Source of the DNA: Tubulanus polymorphus
Taxonomy: Eukaryota; Animalia; Nemertea
Length of the DNA: 64,000 nucleotides
Direction: 5' to 3'
NCBI RefSeq assembly: GCF_964204645.1
Contig: NC_134032.1
Location: 14,620,275-14,684,274 of the forward strand
Positions 40,697 to 53,502 of the stretch are shown piece after piece (the first letter of the stretch is position 1; every line of letters starts with the position of its first letter). A model generated the notes under the pieces. The model was not told the origin of the DNA. It did no database searches and was given only the letters and a program-made list of their open reading frames with translations. The translations under genes were made by a program, and so were the position numbers.

Positions 40697-42976
40697 GTCA
40701 CGATGGCAGACGATTAGGTGTATGACCTTGATAAATGCTTTCAGAACCAGTAACACCCCCACTAACCACACATTCAGGGGCATATCCAGAGACCAATTTT
40801 GATGGACTTGTCAAAAGGGCACTTTGACGTCCAATAAGGCGTAGTCCTGCACTGAAATGGGGAAAAGGGCAATTTTAAAGATTTATGTCTATAATTCCCG
40901 ATGATGTATGTATCTCATGAAGTCTTCCTCCTCTCCCTCGATCAACAGTTGTAGGTTTCTGTGTACAAACATTGACTGAAGGTTCAGTACACTACGGGCA
41001 TATAGTACCGGCAGAGCACTCAGAAACTCAGACACTGGATGTACGAGCTATGGTTCACAGAAAGGAATTCACTGATTCAGTGAAAATGTTTACGAATAGT
41101 TCGCTAACTTAATTTGTATAAAGTTGCACAGTTGAAAGTTTACGTGAACTGGGCCAACGGTCTGACCTGTGAATCAATAGGAAGCAGTTCTCATCAGCGC
41201 CATGACATTTTTTTTCGAGAAAAATTACCGGATATGACCGACTGTGAGCCATCTTGAATTTCTTTACTGATTTGCGATAAAAACTTAACAAAACATTCTT
41301 TAAATAATCAGTTTGCTCGAATAGCACTTCACACCGATGAGGCTAGAACTTGTGATAACTAAAAAGGCTGTCTGACATCGCCGTATTGAGGTTTTTTTAA
41401 TGTATGCATGTCTTTCTCTCTCCCTTGTTGAATCAAAAATTAGCAACAACAACAGCAGCTTCCGTCGGTAAAAAGCCTAAGAGGAAATGAACACCACAAA
41501 TCAACTGGAAAAATGTTCAGACAATGGCCTAAATACAATATACTAGTTACGAATAAACGGCTGGGAAAATGGCAGCAGCTCGCTGGTCCCAACTCACTTA
41601 TTGTTATAATTATTATATATGTATCATAATTCCCTAATTCTAATAATAATGATAATAATAATAATTATTCATAATTATCTTAATGCCGAGGGCAGTAATC
41701 ATGAATTATGTCGCGTTATTCCAGCGCTTTCAGGCATAATCTATACACATTTTGGACGTTTAAAGAAATACACGACAAAAATTGAATTTATAGAAAATGA
41801 AGTTTCAAAACGAATTTTACGGGATGAAAGAGTTTGCGGGAGATGATACGACAAAATACCGGTATTAGGGTTCGGGGCAGCGGAGGATGGTTCGTATATA
41901 ACTAGTAAAAATGTTATTTGAGGTCTGTTTTTTTTCCCTTTTAACTTTTTTACCTCGTGAATCCAATTCAGATATCAATCTGTTATCTAAAAAAAAAAAC
42001 CAAATATTGACGGAGAAAATCGATGGAACATCTGAGAGTGTGGAGACATTTGAAACTATAAAAATCCCATGAAATATCATAGGATTCAAAGCAAGTTTTA
42101 GGTTGATTCTGGTGTATTTAACTTAACAGTTTAAAACAGAAAATGAATAAACTGTGATACTAAAACACCAGTCAAATGAGATCAGCTTTTACACTGTATA
42201 TGCCTACATATGACTGGTCAATTGTGTGCACGTACTAGTAACATAGCTCACATGTGACATGAGCATGTTACATGTAAACTCTAGATCACATGACTACTTG
42301 TGACATCATACTCCTAGCCAGCCAATCAAACCCTAACCCTAGGTCACATGACCACCAGTGACATCTATATCCTAGCCAGCCAATCAAACCCTAAACTTAG
42401 GTCACATGACCACCAGTGACATCATTATCCTAGCCAGCCAATCAAACCCTAACCCTAGGTCACATGACCACCAGTGACATCATGACTATAGCCAGCCAAT
42501 CAAACCCTAACCCTAGGTCACATGACCACCAGTGACATCATGACTATAGCCGGCCAATCAAACCCTAACCTTAGGTCACATGACTATCTGTAACATGGAA
42601 TCCTAGCCAGCCAATCATAGCTTAACCCTAGTTTGGCTGACGAACTGTGACATGTAATCAGAAGCCAAGTCAGTCCTCACTGAAATCCATTCACAATGTT
42701 CTCATGACTTTTACCATTTTTAACCACATTATAATTCAGAGAAACTAAAACAAACAAATAAAATTCATTATCATAATTGTTGATAACTTTATTTTCGTGA
42801 ATACATCACAACCTCTGAAGATGTCAAATTGTGTAATTATGATATTTAAAGAAATTAATAAAAGGAAAATTACTTACAAATATTGATATTTTAGTAACAT
42901 CGAGAATAAACCGAAAACCGAGACACAAAATTTATAATAAGCGAGATCTGGTGATTTCGATATTATCTGACAAAAG

Positions 42977-43723
42977 TTACTTTTCACTGATAGGTAAAAC
43001 TTCCCATAATTCCAAGTCCTCAACATATTCTCCAATTTTTCCCACTTCGTGCCATATTTTCTTCAGTTTCAAGTTTGCTTTTTTTGCTTTATCATCGAGA
43101 ACTTTAAGAATGCCGTACGCGGCGGAGAAAGCCATAATAACCCTGCCGCCCGGACGTAGGTGTCCGTGGGCTCCGGTTATAAAACGCCCGATCGCCTCGT
43201 AGCCGGGGTCAGCCATAGATCTGTCCAACATCGTTAAATCATCAGCCATTTCGATTGGCATGAAATTATACGGAACGTGCCAGAAAATCAAATCAAACTT
43301 TTCATCTTCGCGAATATTTTCGTAAACGTCGGAATATCGCACGTCTCCCGGGACGGCGTAACGCTCAAAATTCACTTTAGTATTCTCTAAAGCTTGTTGG
43401 TTGATGTCGGTCGCCAACACGTAACTAAGCTTCGATTTATTGCGTAAATAATGTACAACGCTCATGCAACCAGTTCCGCATCCGATTTCTAACATTCTAG
43501 CGCCCTCTACTGTCTGTTCCGGTAAATTCAACGCCTGCGGTTCATGACCGTCCAGGAAGAAAACATCGAGAAAATTAACGAATTTCTGACCGCAAAATTC
43601 AAACTCGCGTCGACCTCCGTTTTCCGTCATCGATTTCTGATTATTTTCGATCAGTTCTTGACCTTCTTCGAACATGGCTGTCCGTTTAGCGAGTTCTTCT
43701 TGATCGAGAAAAGTATCTGCCAT
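42977..43723 (-). CDS. Intronless class I SAM-dependent methyltransferase, copy B, nested in EXT1 intron 1
   Basis: 248-aa ORF with 10 aa differences from copy A and the same motifs; AATAAA at 42788-42793. Confidence 0.9.
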   Translation of the reverse strand: MADTFLDQEELAKRTAMFEEGQELIENNQKSMTENGGRREFEFCGQKFVNFLDVFFLDGHEPQALNLPEQTVEGARMLEIGCGTGCMSVVHYLRNKSKLSYVLATDINQQALENTKVNFERYAVPGDVRYSDVYENIREDEKFDLIFWHVPYNFMPIEMADDLTMLDRSMADPGYEAIGRFITGAHGHLRPGGRVIMAFSAAYGILKVLDDKAKKANLKLKKIWHEVGKIGEYVEDLELWEVLPISEK

Positions 43724-44010
43724 TTTGCCGAGGAATATTACTAAAGATGAGTTGAATTTGAGACACCGACGACAGCAGATAGACAGACGTTTAAACAGCA
43801 GTTAAGAGCAGACGTTTAGACAGTGGTAGCGGGTAATAATGCAACGTTTCTGGTAGTGTGATAATCCCTAGAACAAAATTCATCCTCATGAATTTATTTT
43901 TGCTAGTAATCAGTACTGCACAGGTTGCGTGTGAGATTTGACAATATGAAGGCAATCCGATATATTCTGAACATTGACTCATAATCAATCATGAATATAT
44001 TAGAAATGTG

Positions 44011-44262
44011 TTAACAGGCCTAAGTGCTGATTTTGGTGAACAACAATGGCTGCCAGTCGGCCATCTTGATTCTGACGGGGCCAGTTTTTGGGCTGAAGAT
44101 GTGTCTAGGGTAGATACACGTGTAACCCAAATATCAAGACATTACCTTGAAGCATCTTCAAAACTTCCCAAAATAACTGGATTCCGTCTACGGACAGACG
44201 GACGGACGGACGAAAAGTGAACGCAATAGCCCGCTGGGATTTAAGTCCCAAGTGGGCTAAAA
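44011..44262 (+). mobile_element. Helentron/HINE-like non-autonomous element (3'-truncated copy at 38838-39053)
   Basis: (GGAC)n microsatellite, 3' hairpin agcccgctggga-tttaag-tcccaagtgggct, then aaaaa. Confidence 0.55.
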
Positions 44263-45845
44263 ATTAGTACAGGTCGACATAAATTAGCGTTTATAGAACG
44301 TTTGACAAGAACGAAGTATCTTGTTTTAGTTAATTCTCTTGGACCGGAGGGAATCGTTGGAGTCATCGATAAGGACAGTCTGACTGCGGCGTTGGAAGTA
44401 CAGGGAGCTGTAGCAATAAATTACTGAATAGCCGCGGCAAAACATACTAGGACCTTTTGGCAAAAATCGGCAACTGGCCGCGGCAATCAAAACATAGCTT
44501 CCAACGCGCCTGGCGCTATTTCAAATGAGTTGACAACACAATTTTGGAAGCGTTGAAAACTGCCATAACTGACAATCTATATATCAAATATTAAACCGAG
44601 TACCAGTCATCGTGGATTATTAATCTAGTGCAGGAGTGTCAATTATTGAATAAACTAATGCAACTTGGCTATGAACAGGTGCGGGGGGGGGGGGGGCCAA
44701 ACAGAGGCGAATTAGAAAATAATTTAAATTGATTTCAACCTACATGATTTGGAGAACCCTAACTGTGTGTCTCCGATTAATTACGATATTATGTTAATTT
44801 TGTCATAAACGTTGTAATACTTTGACAATAAAGTTTATAAATACATTAAAATTTCAGCCAGTCGGCGAGCAGGAATTTCAATATGCGCTATCATTGCAAC
44901 AAAATAATTTTACATTCACATTAGCCGCATTAACACTAGATTCAGCGCTTATGAAGTACCGTACTTCACTGGTGCCGAATTCACCAAAATACGGCGCTTA
45001 CAACAGCCAGTTACGTTTACACAACGAGTCGACGATTCGGCACTTAGTAAGCCCAGTATAGTAGTCACCCGGTGTGCCGTTAGAGGGCAGTGTAACTAGT
45101 GTATTGTACTATGAGGATGTGAAAATACACGGCTAGCTAAGCGCCGAATCTGCGTTCACACTACGGAAAATACGCGTCCAGCTCAGCGCCGTACTGAGAT
45201 CGGGTTTTCTGCGCGGAATCGCATTCCGCGCTTAATAAGCCGCGTATTTCAGTACGGAACTGAATAAGCCGCAAATAGGCCTCGAATAATTTTCTATTGT
45301 GGACGCTTAGTACCATACTGAAATCCTAGTGTGGACGCAGCTTATGGCCCAGCTCAGAGATTATCAATCAACGCTCCTGAGATATCACATGGTCTCCACG
45401 GGCGCGGGCATATACCACATAATTTTTAAGCTGTCCGACAAAATTCCATACCCAATAAATCGTAAAGTTCCGGGCTAAAAAACGCGCGTAGTTTCCACGG
45501 GTTTTACTCTAGTTTATATAATTACTATCTATGTATCATAATTCCCTAATTCTAACGATAAATAATATCAATTATTCGTAATCATCCTTACGCACAGGGT
45601 AAATTGATTGACTTGTGATAATTAAAAAGGCTGCCTGACGGCTATATTGAAATGTGTTTTCACGTGTCTTTATCCTCTAAAGAAAATACTAGCATTTAGA
45701 AAATACTAGCATTTGGGTTTTGGAGAGACAGAGATGGGCCAAAGAAAATACTAGCATTTTGGAGAGAGATGGGCACCATGTAATAGTAAAATAACCACAC
45801 TCAAATGTGGTGAATGGATAATCAGATAAAAACCCATTCGTTTTA

Positions 45846-46036
45846 TAAAAATCCACCATGTACAAATTGAAAGAATTTTAAAATCGAGAATTTATCTATT
45901 CAGAAAATCTAAAATATACAATGTTGATCTCTTAGGTGAGATCGAAACGTTGTGCATTTTTTTAAATCGTATATTTTTGGATAAATAAAAAATTCTCGAT
46001 TTTAAAATCATCTTAATTTGTACGTAGTGGGTTTTT
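45846..46036. repeat. Degenerate AT-rich fold-back palindrome
   Basis: aaaaatccaccatgtacaaatt...ttttaaaatcgagaattt is mirrored by aaattctcgattttaaaa...aatttgtacgtagtgggttttt. Confidence 0.65.
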
Positions 46037-47037
46037 ATCCTACTACGGGCCATCTCTTACGATCTCTTTTAGTTTTCGTTTTTATGAATCGCTGAAAAAC
46101 AGGGAAATCCTGGCAAAGCGCAGCCTGAAAAATAGGCCTGGCAGGCAAAGAGTTAAGGTATTTGGAGAGAAAGGGGAAAGGGGGTAAAAAACTGTTTATT
46201 AAGAGAATGTCTCTCCTCCTAGGCGTGAGCAGTGTATACCTGTGCATGTATGAATGTACATTTACGTACATTAATACAATTGTACGCACCTATATATGTA
46301 CATACATGTGTACGTTTCTTGTATGTATCGATGTATGTTTGTTTGCATTTGTGTACGAGACGTGGGTTCGGGTAAAAAAACGCCACAAACAATTGAAATT
46401 TATAAATATCCATAAACTATTTATGTCACAAACAACAGAAAGAAGGAGAGAGATTGATTGATTGAAATAGTATGTTTTATAGGTATGACGAATCGCTCAC
46501 TCATATCATCACAGAGTAAATAGGGACTATTTTTTATTTTACTTTATGCAGGTGTGTACACTTGGCAGAAATACAAGTGTACTTTCTCCCATGAGGGCTG
46601 ATGTGTACTGTGGCTATACCGATAGCCTATTGATCATCGGGGTTTGATTTCAGGACCTTGAATCGCTGTTTTCTAAGCCGGTTAAAAATTAGCTATAAAT
46701 TCCCAACGTTTTTAAGTCTTATTTTGACAGTTCCCAGAACTGTGAGCAACTCAATCTGAATTTCGATAGAAGAAATGCTTAAGGAATTATTTTTTGATTC
46801 AGGTTTCGATCGATTCCAGAAATCTCATCTGGTCGTGGTTTTAACCAAAATAGAGACCTATTCTCTAGACCTATTCCTGAATTGCATAATCTGTTCACCC
46901 GATAGAAGCGACCGGTAGAGATTTCTGTAGGTTTTAATTTTGGTCACCACTGATTCCGGAACTTTCATCTGATGCGGATTATTCTCCACCTATTAGGGAA
47001 TACCAGCATGCCGTATTCCAGAATTACAAATTCTTAA

Positions 47038-47320
47038 CCCTTTCCGTGGTGATACCCTATAGTGCTGAAGATAATTTGAAAATTCTGAAAAATTCCACCC
47101 TAGTGAGTTGAATAACGGGAATACCACTATAGTGCGTCTACACCGCGGCGCGGTGTATCGTTAGTTACTAATATTTCACTATGTTTGACAGGTGCTGCCA
47201 ACTTCAATTGAGATAATTAGTAATTACTAATAACATCAGTCAATACACTGCAGTGCGGTGTACTAGCAAAACCCATCACTGATTCGTACACCGCACTGCA
47301 GCGTAGACGCACTGAAAGGG
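47038..47320. mobile_element. piggyBac-like MITE (same family, opposite orientation)
   Basis: TTAA|CCCTTTCCGTG...GCACTGAAAGGG|TTAA. Confidence 0.88.
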
Positions 47321-47466
47321 TTAAACCCGTGTACCTTCACTAAATTTCAGTTCCTAGTTCTCAGATTGATCTGAGTCATGAACTGGCAAAAAACTGGGTT
47401 CTAAAATGATGCATGATTCTTATTATTGTTATTCAAGTGGTTCATTTCAGTTCTTTCAGTTCAGAT

Positions 47467-47660
47467 GGATAGGCGCGGTGGGTTTAAAAGCCGCCGGTCA
47501 TCGGTCTCGTCAATCCAGGGTTTCGGAGTTCAAACCCCGGTGGCGACAGTTTCTTGGTTGAAGGTTCTTCTCTGGTCTCTCCCCCATTGGAAAAAAGAAA
47601 CAAAGAACCCACTAATAATGCCCTGTGCGGCGCTCAGTGGGTTGAGGGTATTAAAAAAAA
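47467..47660 (+). mobile_element. Possible second SINE family
   Basis: B-box-like GAGTTCAAACCCC about 65 bp from the start, GC-richer body, ends in an A tract; A box weak. Confidence 0.4.
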
Positions 47661-48252
47661 TTTCAATTCCTAGTTATACAATTTAAGTTCCGATTGAGTC
47701 ATGAACTGGCAAAAAAAAAACTGGCTCTAAAACGATACATTTAATCCTAAACTTATTCATGACTGAACCGAACACACTAAAAAATATATAAGAACAATAA
47801 AAGTTTTCATGAGGCTTTCAATATTTTTTTTCTCAAACTGCGTCATTGGTTATATCCATATAGTAATTGTACTAAGTACTTCAGTATGAACCGGAACTAA
47901 TAATACATGTACAAAGTTTACGACAATCAAATCATGATCGCAATAAACAATATCGACGAATAATGAATCGGATATTTCTTGTGTAAGTTCAAGTCAATGT
48001 GTCATAGCGTAGATGATTTATATAGAGATATGCTTAAAAAAACGTAGATAAAGTCTTTTGATTTCGGCAAAAACAATCGCGTAAAATCTACTTCAAAAGT
48101 TGCACAAAGTTCAATGGAAAAGTAAAGTTGAAAATGATTTCAAGTGAAAAATGGTTGGATTTAGCCATTTTTAAAATGGTTAAAAAAACAAAACCCTTGT
48201 AGGAACCGATCGGGGAACCCTGTTTTAACAACCTAAAATCACTATGAAAAAG

Positions 48253-48782
48253 CAATCTAACAACTTAAAAGACCAGTCTCAGCTCATTTTAGTACTAAAG
48301 CAAATCTAACAACTTAAGATCAGTCTCAGCTCATTTTAGTTCTATAGCAAATCTAACAACTTAAGACCAGTCTAAGCTAATTTTGGTTCTATAACCAATC
48401 TAACAACTTAAGATCAGTCTCAGCTCATTTTAGTTCTATAGCAAATCTAACAACTTAAGACCAGTCTAAGCTCATTTTGGTTCTATAACCAATCTAACAA
48501 CTTAAGACCAGTCTGAACTCATTTTAGTTCTATAACCAATCTAACAACTTAAGATCAGTCTAAACTCATTTTAGTTCTATAACCAATCTAACAACTTAAG
48601 ATCAGTCTAAACTCATTCTGGTTCTATAGCCAATCTAACAACTTAAGACCAGTCTAAACTCATTTTAGTTCTATAACCAATCTAACAACTTAAGACCAGT
48701 CTAAACTCATTTTGGTTCTATAACCAATCAAACAACTTCAGACTAGTCAAAGCTCATTTTGGTTCTATAACCAATCTAACAA
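48253..48782. repeat. 47-bp minisatellite x about 11
   Basis: caatctaacaacttaagaccagtctaaactcattttagttctataac; same sequence as the interior of the MITEs at 1-387. Confidence 0.93.
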
Positions 48783-48988
48783 AATTAAACCCCTAAATAA
48801 ATATCTGCTGCCCGACTTGATGTCAATATTAGTAATAGTAATTGAACTCTATAAAACGCCAAGCCCCAGCCTAATAGAGTTAATGTGAAAAAAAGAAGAT
48901 TACGCCGAAATCAAGATGTATTTTTCGGGGATCGAAAGCCTTGTTACTTCAACAGTCATACACTTAACATTGAATGCAACCCCTTTAA

Positions 48989-49421
48989 CCCTTTCAGTGC
49001 TGACTAATTAATACCCTCCGGTGCTGAAGATAATTTGAAAATTCTGAAAAATTCCACCCTAGTGTGTTGAATAACGGGAATACTACTATAGTGCGTCTAC
49101 ACCGCGACGCGGTGTATCGTTAGTTACTAATATTTCACTATGTTTGACAAGTGCTGCCATTTTTCAAGAGAGATAATAAGTAATTACTGATTAAATCAAT
49201 ACACCGCACTGCGGTGTACTAGCAAAATCCATCACTGATTTATACACCGCACTGCGGTGTATCGTTAGTTACTAATATTTCACTATGTTTGACAGGTGCT
49301 GCCATTTTTCAAGAGAGATAATAAGTAATTACTAATTAAATCAATACACCGCAGTGCGGTGTACTAGCAATATCCATCACTGATTCGTACACCGCACTAC
49401 GGTGTAGACGCACTGAAAGGG
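48989..49421. mobile_element. piggyBac-like MITE with internal duplication
   Basis: TTAA|CCCTTTCAGTGC...GCACTGAAAGGG|TTAA; about 140-bp internal segment duplicated. Confidence 0.9.
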
Positions 49422-49502
49422 TTAAAATATTCCGGCAGCAAATTGAGAAAACTGAGATAATAAATATGTTTTTACAGAAGAGAGAGATAATGTAGTACAT
49501 AC

Positions 49503-50521
49503 TTGTCGTATAAAGCGTTATCGTGAGGACATCTTTCATCCATCAATGTTTTCCAGCCTTTCCCGTGTTTACAAGTCGTCAACAATACGATATCCTTCCC
49601 GTTGTGAATATGATATAGCGCGTTACGAGTTTCCGAACCGATTCCCGACAAATACCGTTTACCCTTAAACGCCAAAAGGTATTTACGCGTTGACGGTATA
49701 TTGTTGGCGCGTAGGGCGCCACGTTCGCCGCCTTTCTGCGCGTGTTCCTTCGAGAAAAGCGGCGCGGCGATATCAAAACCGGCGCGGAATTTCTGCATCG
49801 ATACGGACGCCTGCGCCAAGATGGCGGCGCGCGGGTTTATACCGAGGTCGTCGTCGCGGTAATCGGGCCACGTTCCCGAGAACATGTTAAACAGAACGTG
49901 ATTTCGTCCGTCGTTCCAGAATTCGAGATTCTGTAACTTGGCGTCGAGGTGTTTGACGAAATCGTCGCTAAGGACATCGCGATCGATGGTATCTAACGAC
50001 GGCACAAAGACGCACGCGTCGGTCGGATCGCTCGTGTAATAACGCGACTCGCGTAGAGCGTTTAAAACTTTCATATACGAATCGGAAATCGGTTGACGTA
50101 TCGGATAAACGTAGACTTTAAACCCGCGCGAACATTTCGTCAAGTCGAAACACGTTTCCATGCGACAGTTTTTATAGCCGTCCGTCGACGTCGTCGTCTG
50201 TCCAGACGACGACGGACGATGAACTCGTCGTGTTCGTTTCGCCGACGCGTCCAAATTAATATCCGACGCGATGTCGTCGGCGTCGAGGTAACTCCGCGTC
50301 GCCGCGGGTAGAGATCGTTTAACAACCCGGAGGTGCGCGTCGTGAAGAGCGGTATTAACCCCGGCCGGACCGCTCTTCCAGAACGACGACGGGTCATGAG
50401 GAGATGTCTGGTGAGACGATGATGCGGATGATGATGCTGGATAAATTCCGAGAAGATAAACTAGAAGAACTACTATTAAACCTCCTGTGCACAGCAGTAT
50501 ATATCGTTTTTTGGCCTGCAT
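49503..50521 (-). CDS. EXT1: Exostosin-1 exon 1 (TM anchor, stem, GT47 domain)
   Basis: Starts MQAKKRY as vertebrate EXT1 does; CRMETCFD, FKGKRYLSGIGSETRN, TTCKHGK motifs. Phase-2 donor AA|gtatgt at 49502. Confidence 0.97.
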
Positions 50522-50639
50522 TTATGCGCGTTGATTTCATAGAGAATTCAAACTCACTTTTCCACTGTTTGAGGTACATTTAGAGGCCGATTCATCGTTT
50601 TATTCGGCGCGCTCAACTCCTCTGTACAAACTCTCTCGC

Positions 50640-50662
50640 GATACTGACGGCGCCATGTTTTA
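50640..50662 (-). promoter_or_regulatory. Candidate EXT1 core promoter (YY1-like AACATGGCG next to Inr-like TCAGT)
   Basis: Minus strand aaacatggcgccgtcagtat, about 125 bp upstream of the EXT1 ATG in a CpG-rich patch; motif match only. Confidence 0.35.
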
Positions 50663-52197
50663 ATCTGGTTTTCAGGGTGTCGATTTAAACATAGCCAAGC
50701 GCAATACTCGCTTGCCACAGTAGGTTAAACGAGTTGCATTAGATCTGTACTATCAGGTGCTGCCCCTAAAAACAACGATAGCGGCTAATATTGGAATTAA
50801 TCCTTCACTTAATCGTACCGAAATCAAAACGAATACGAATATCTATTACACTCCAACCATTTCCATGGCCCTGGAGGAAAATCAGTATTTACAATTAACT
50901 ACATTTAGTAATAAAAGGTTTTAAAAACGCAATAAGCTGGACTCAAACATTTCTACACACACGGCTGAATCAGTGACGGGCCGGCAGGGGAATTATCAAC
51001 ATCTTGACCCCCATTTTGAATAGATCTGTTCGATATGTACTGCTCCTAAATACAACGGTAGTGGTGAAGATCAGAACTAATCAAGTTACCAAAACTCGTA
51101 GTGCAGATAAACATTTTGATATGCAATCCTGGGGCGTTGCCGTGCTGGGCCAGGTTGGGCCAGGCGTTGCCGTGCTGGGCCACATTATAAAACGTTACCG
51201 TTCCGTGGTCATATAGATTATTGCCGTATAAGTCGGTCGTTTCATTGTTTTAGGCATTAACAATTTTCATGAATTTTTTAATGCATGGTGACTTCGAGTT
51301 CTAAAGGAGGAAACCCCTGTACCGAATCAGCAACGGGTCAGATCAATTTTTTGCATCAGATTTTTACGCCCTCTCGTGGAATTTCTGCAAAAATTCCGGT
51401 CGTTTCTAAATAATAACATCAACAATACAACGTTAGGCTAATAATAACGTTGCCTAATTGACCAAACGTAATTTCAAAATTTCGGGAGGATTTTGTAGTT
51501 TTCTCTGCTGCCTAAATGGATATTTCGAAGTTCTTAGAACGTTGGTTCCTCCGCTATAGTTGTTGAAAAAAAGTGGATAAGAAATAATAATTTTCAACAG
51601 GAGAATCTAACAATAAACCAAAAACGACAAAATCTTCATAAAACTTTCGTAAAAATTAATGTTTTTATTTCATCAGATTTTTGACAAAATTACAGATAAT
51701 CGCGAGAATAAAATCATGAACACTGTTATCATGTTGCACGTAGCACTTTTTCCAATAATATAACGATATTATATATTTACAGGATTTCAATGAAATAAAC
51801 AGCTTATATAGTAGTAGTATAATTAAAAACAACAAGCTTCACAGAAAATCTCCTCAATAGAGGGCAGCAACACGAATGAAAGGTTCTAATGTCAGGTGTT
51901 TGTACAGTTGACTCCGTTCGAGTAGGATCTGTTGAACTCGAATGTTTTTTACACTATTTATGAAATACAATATTTATGAAATACAATGACATCCACCTCT
52001 CAGACAAGTCGGACACATTTTTACGAACCCAAAAGATCCGACTTGAGCAGAGTCGACTGCAATCCGTTTTCAATTAAAAAATATGATGTCCTGAACACAT
52101 GTGAAGTGCGGATGGACTATCAGTTTTTAACTAATGTCTTATGGAGTCATTCACTTATTAGGCATCAGGGCAGGGTCAGTGCAATTGCCTAATATAA

Positions 52198-52500
52198 AGC
52201 CGGGCGTAGGTCGGTCTTGCGACGCAACGCGATCGTCGCATTGCATCACAAGTGGCAGCGCAAGTCGGTTGCGATGCAGTTGTCAGCGACTGTGTGCGAC
52301 TAGTTGCTGCCAGTCGCAACAGCACGTAGGTCGGTTGCGACGGTCGCGTCGCGTCGCAGAAAGTAGAACATGTGCGACTCATTGTGACTGGCGTCGCTAG
52401 CAGTCGCAAGGTAGCGTAGGTCGGTGAGTCGTTGCGACGCGATCGTCGCTGGCGGTCGCAGTGAGTCACAAGCCGTCGCAAGGCCGACCTAAGCCCGGCT
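52198..52500. mobile_element. CpG-rich fold-back MITE
   Basis: 27-bp TIR agccgggcgtaggtcggtcttgcgacg / cgtcgcaaggccgacctaagcccggct. Confidence 0.8.
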
Positions 52501-53239
52501 AAACTCACAACTGCGGAACTGGTCTTTTTGAGCAAAGCAGCATGAATACAAATGGAGACCTACCTACGCCCGCCTGAATGCATATTGTATATGATAAATG
52601 GCCGATTTCGCATACTGAGGGAAGGAGGGAGGAGTTTAATGCAAAAGTAATAAATCTGTACTATAGATTCAGTTGACCGATTTTGTCTCCTGAAGATTTG
52701 GATATTGATTCATTGATTATTGATACAGTTTTATCACATGCACTATTGTTCGTAAGTTTCTATTGCGAAAGTAAATGTAGGCAAGACATTATCATGCAAG
52801 AATCAAATGATAGCTGGCCTAAAAATTAATCGAGTTGAAAGCTCGTAGCTATGGGTCCAGTTCCATGAAAAAGTTAAAGTTTAAAATGGTTCAGTTTGTA
52901 TTATTGTACACATTGTAAACATTAAGTTGCCAATAGCAATTTACCTTTGTGGGACTGATTAATTTCCTAAGGTGCACAAATTCAAGGGCAGTGAGGTATA
53001 GAGCATGTATAGGTTGTTATAACCCGTGGGTTAAAGATGATACCAGTCTATAAAACCGAGCCCAGGGCAAACAGAAAGACTGAAGCACATAATAATCAGA
53101 GACAATTAGCTCCTGGGCAAACAGAGACTGAGGCATGTGATAATCAGAGACAATCAGCTCCTGGCAAAATAGAGACTGGGCCATGTGAAAATCAGAGGCA
53201 ATCCATCAGAGGCAATCGATATTGCGGTAAACCGATGAA

Positions 53240-53442
53240 TTAATTGTTAATACCGACGAGACCTTCATTGAGTAAAACTTCATCAATGCAGATATCGTCA
53301 TCAGAACTCGTATCGACGAGACTGATCAATATTTTATCATCGAGTCTCTGTCGCACGAGAGCGAGTAGGTCTTTATCTAGAGTCAACTCGGAGAATCTTC
53401 GTTCAGCCTCAGGCGACCACTTGTCGCCTAACGGTGTCACAC
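53240..53442 (-). CDS. TDRD7: TDRD7-like last coding exon
   Basis: atttcag|GVTPLGDKWSPEAERRFSELTLDKDLLALV...SLVDTSSDDDICIDEVLLNEGLVGINN*. Visible CDS totals 568 aa. Confidence 0.88.
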
Positions 53443-53502
53443 CTGAAATACACAACACAGTTTTAATCATTCTGAAATATGATTCATATCAAGTGGAAGG
53501 AC

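Larger units (their letters stand above)
36597..44222. repeat. Tandem segmental duplication carrying the methyltransferase (unit A about 36597-39053, unit B about 39060-44222)
   Basis: Collinear near-identity including the (GGCA/GGGA)n tract, 58-bp repeats, CDS and upstream flank. Unit B has about 2.4 kb extra (39876-42247). Confidence 0.92.

Noticed and set aside
37804-43723. Bacterial contamination as the source of the MTase ORFs
   Set aside because: They are embedded in a eukaryotic intron among host repeat families, have AATAAA signals and have no operon neighbours.
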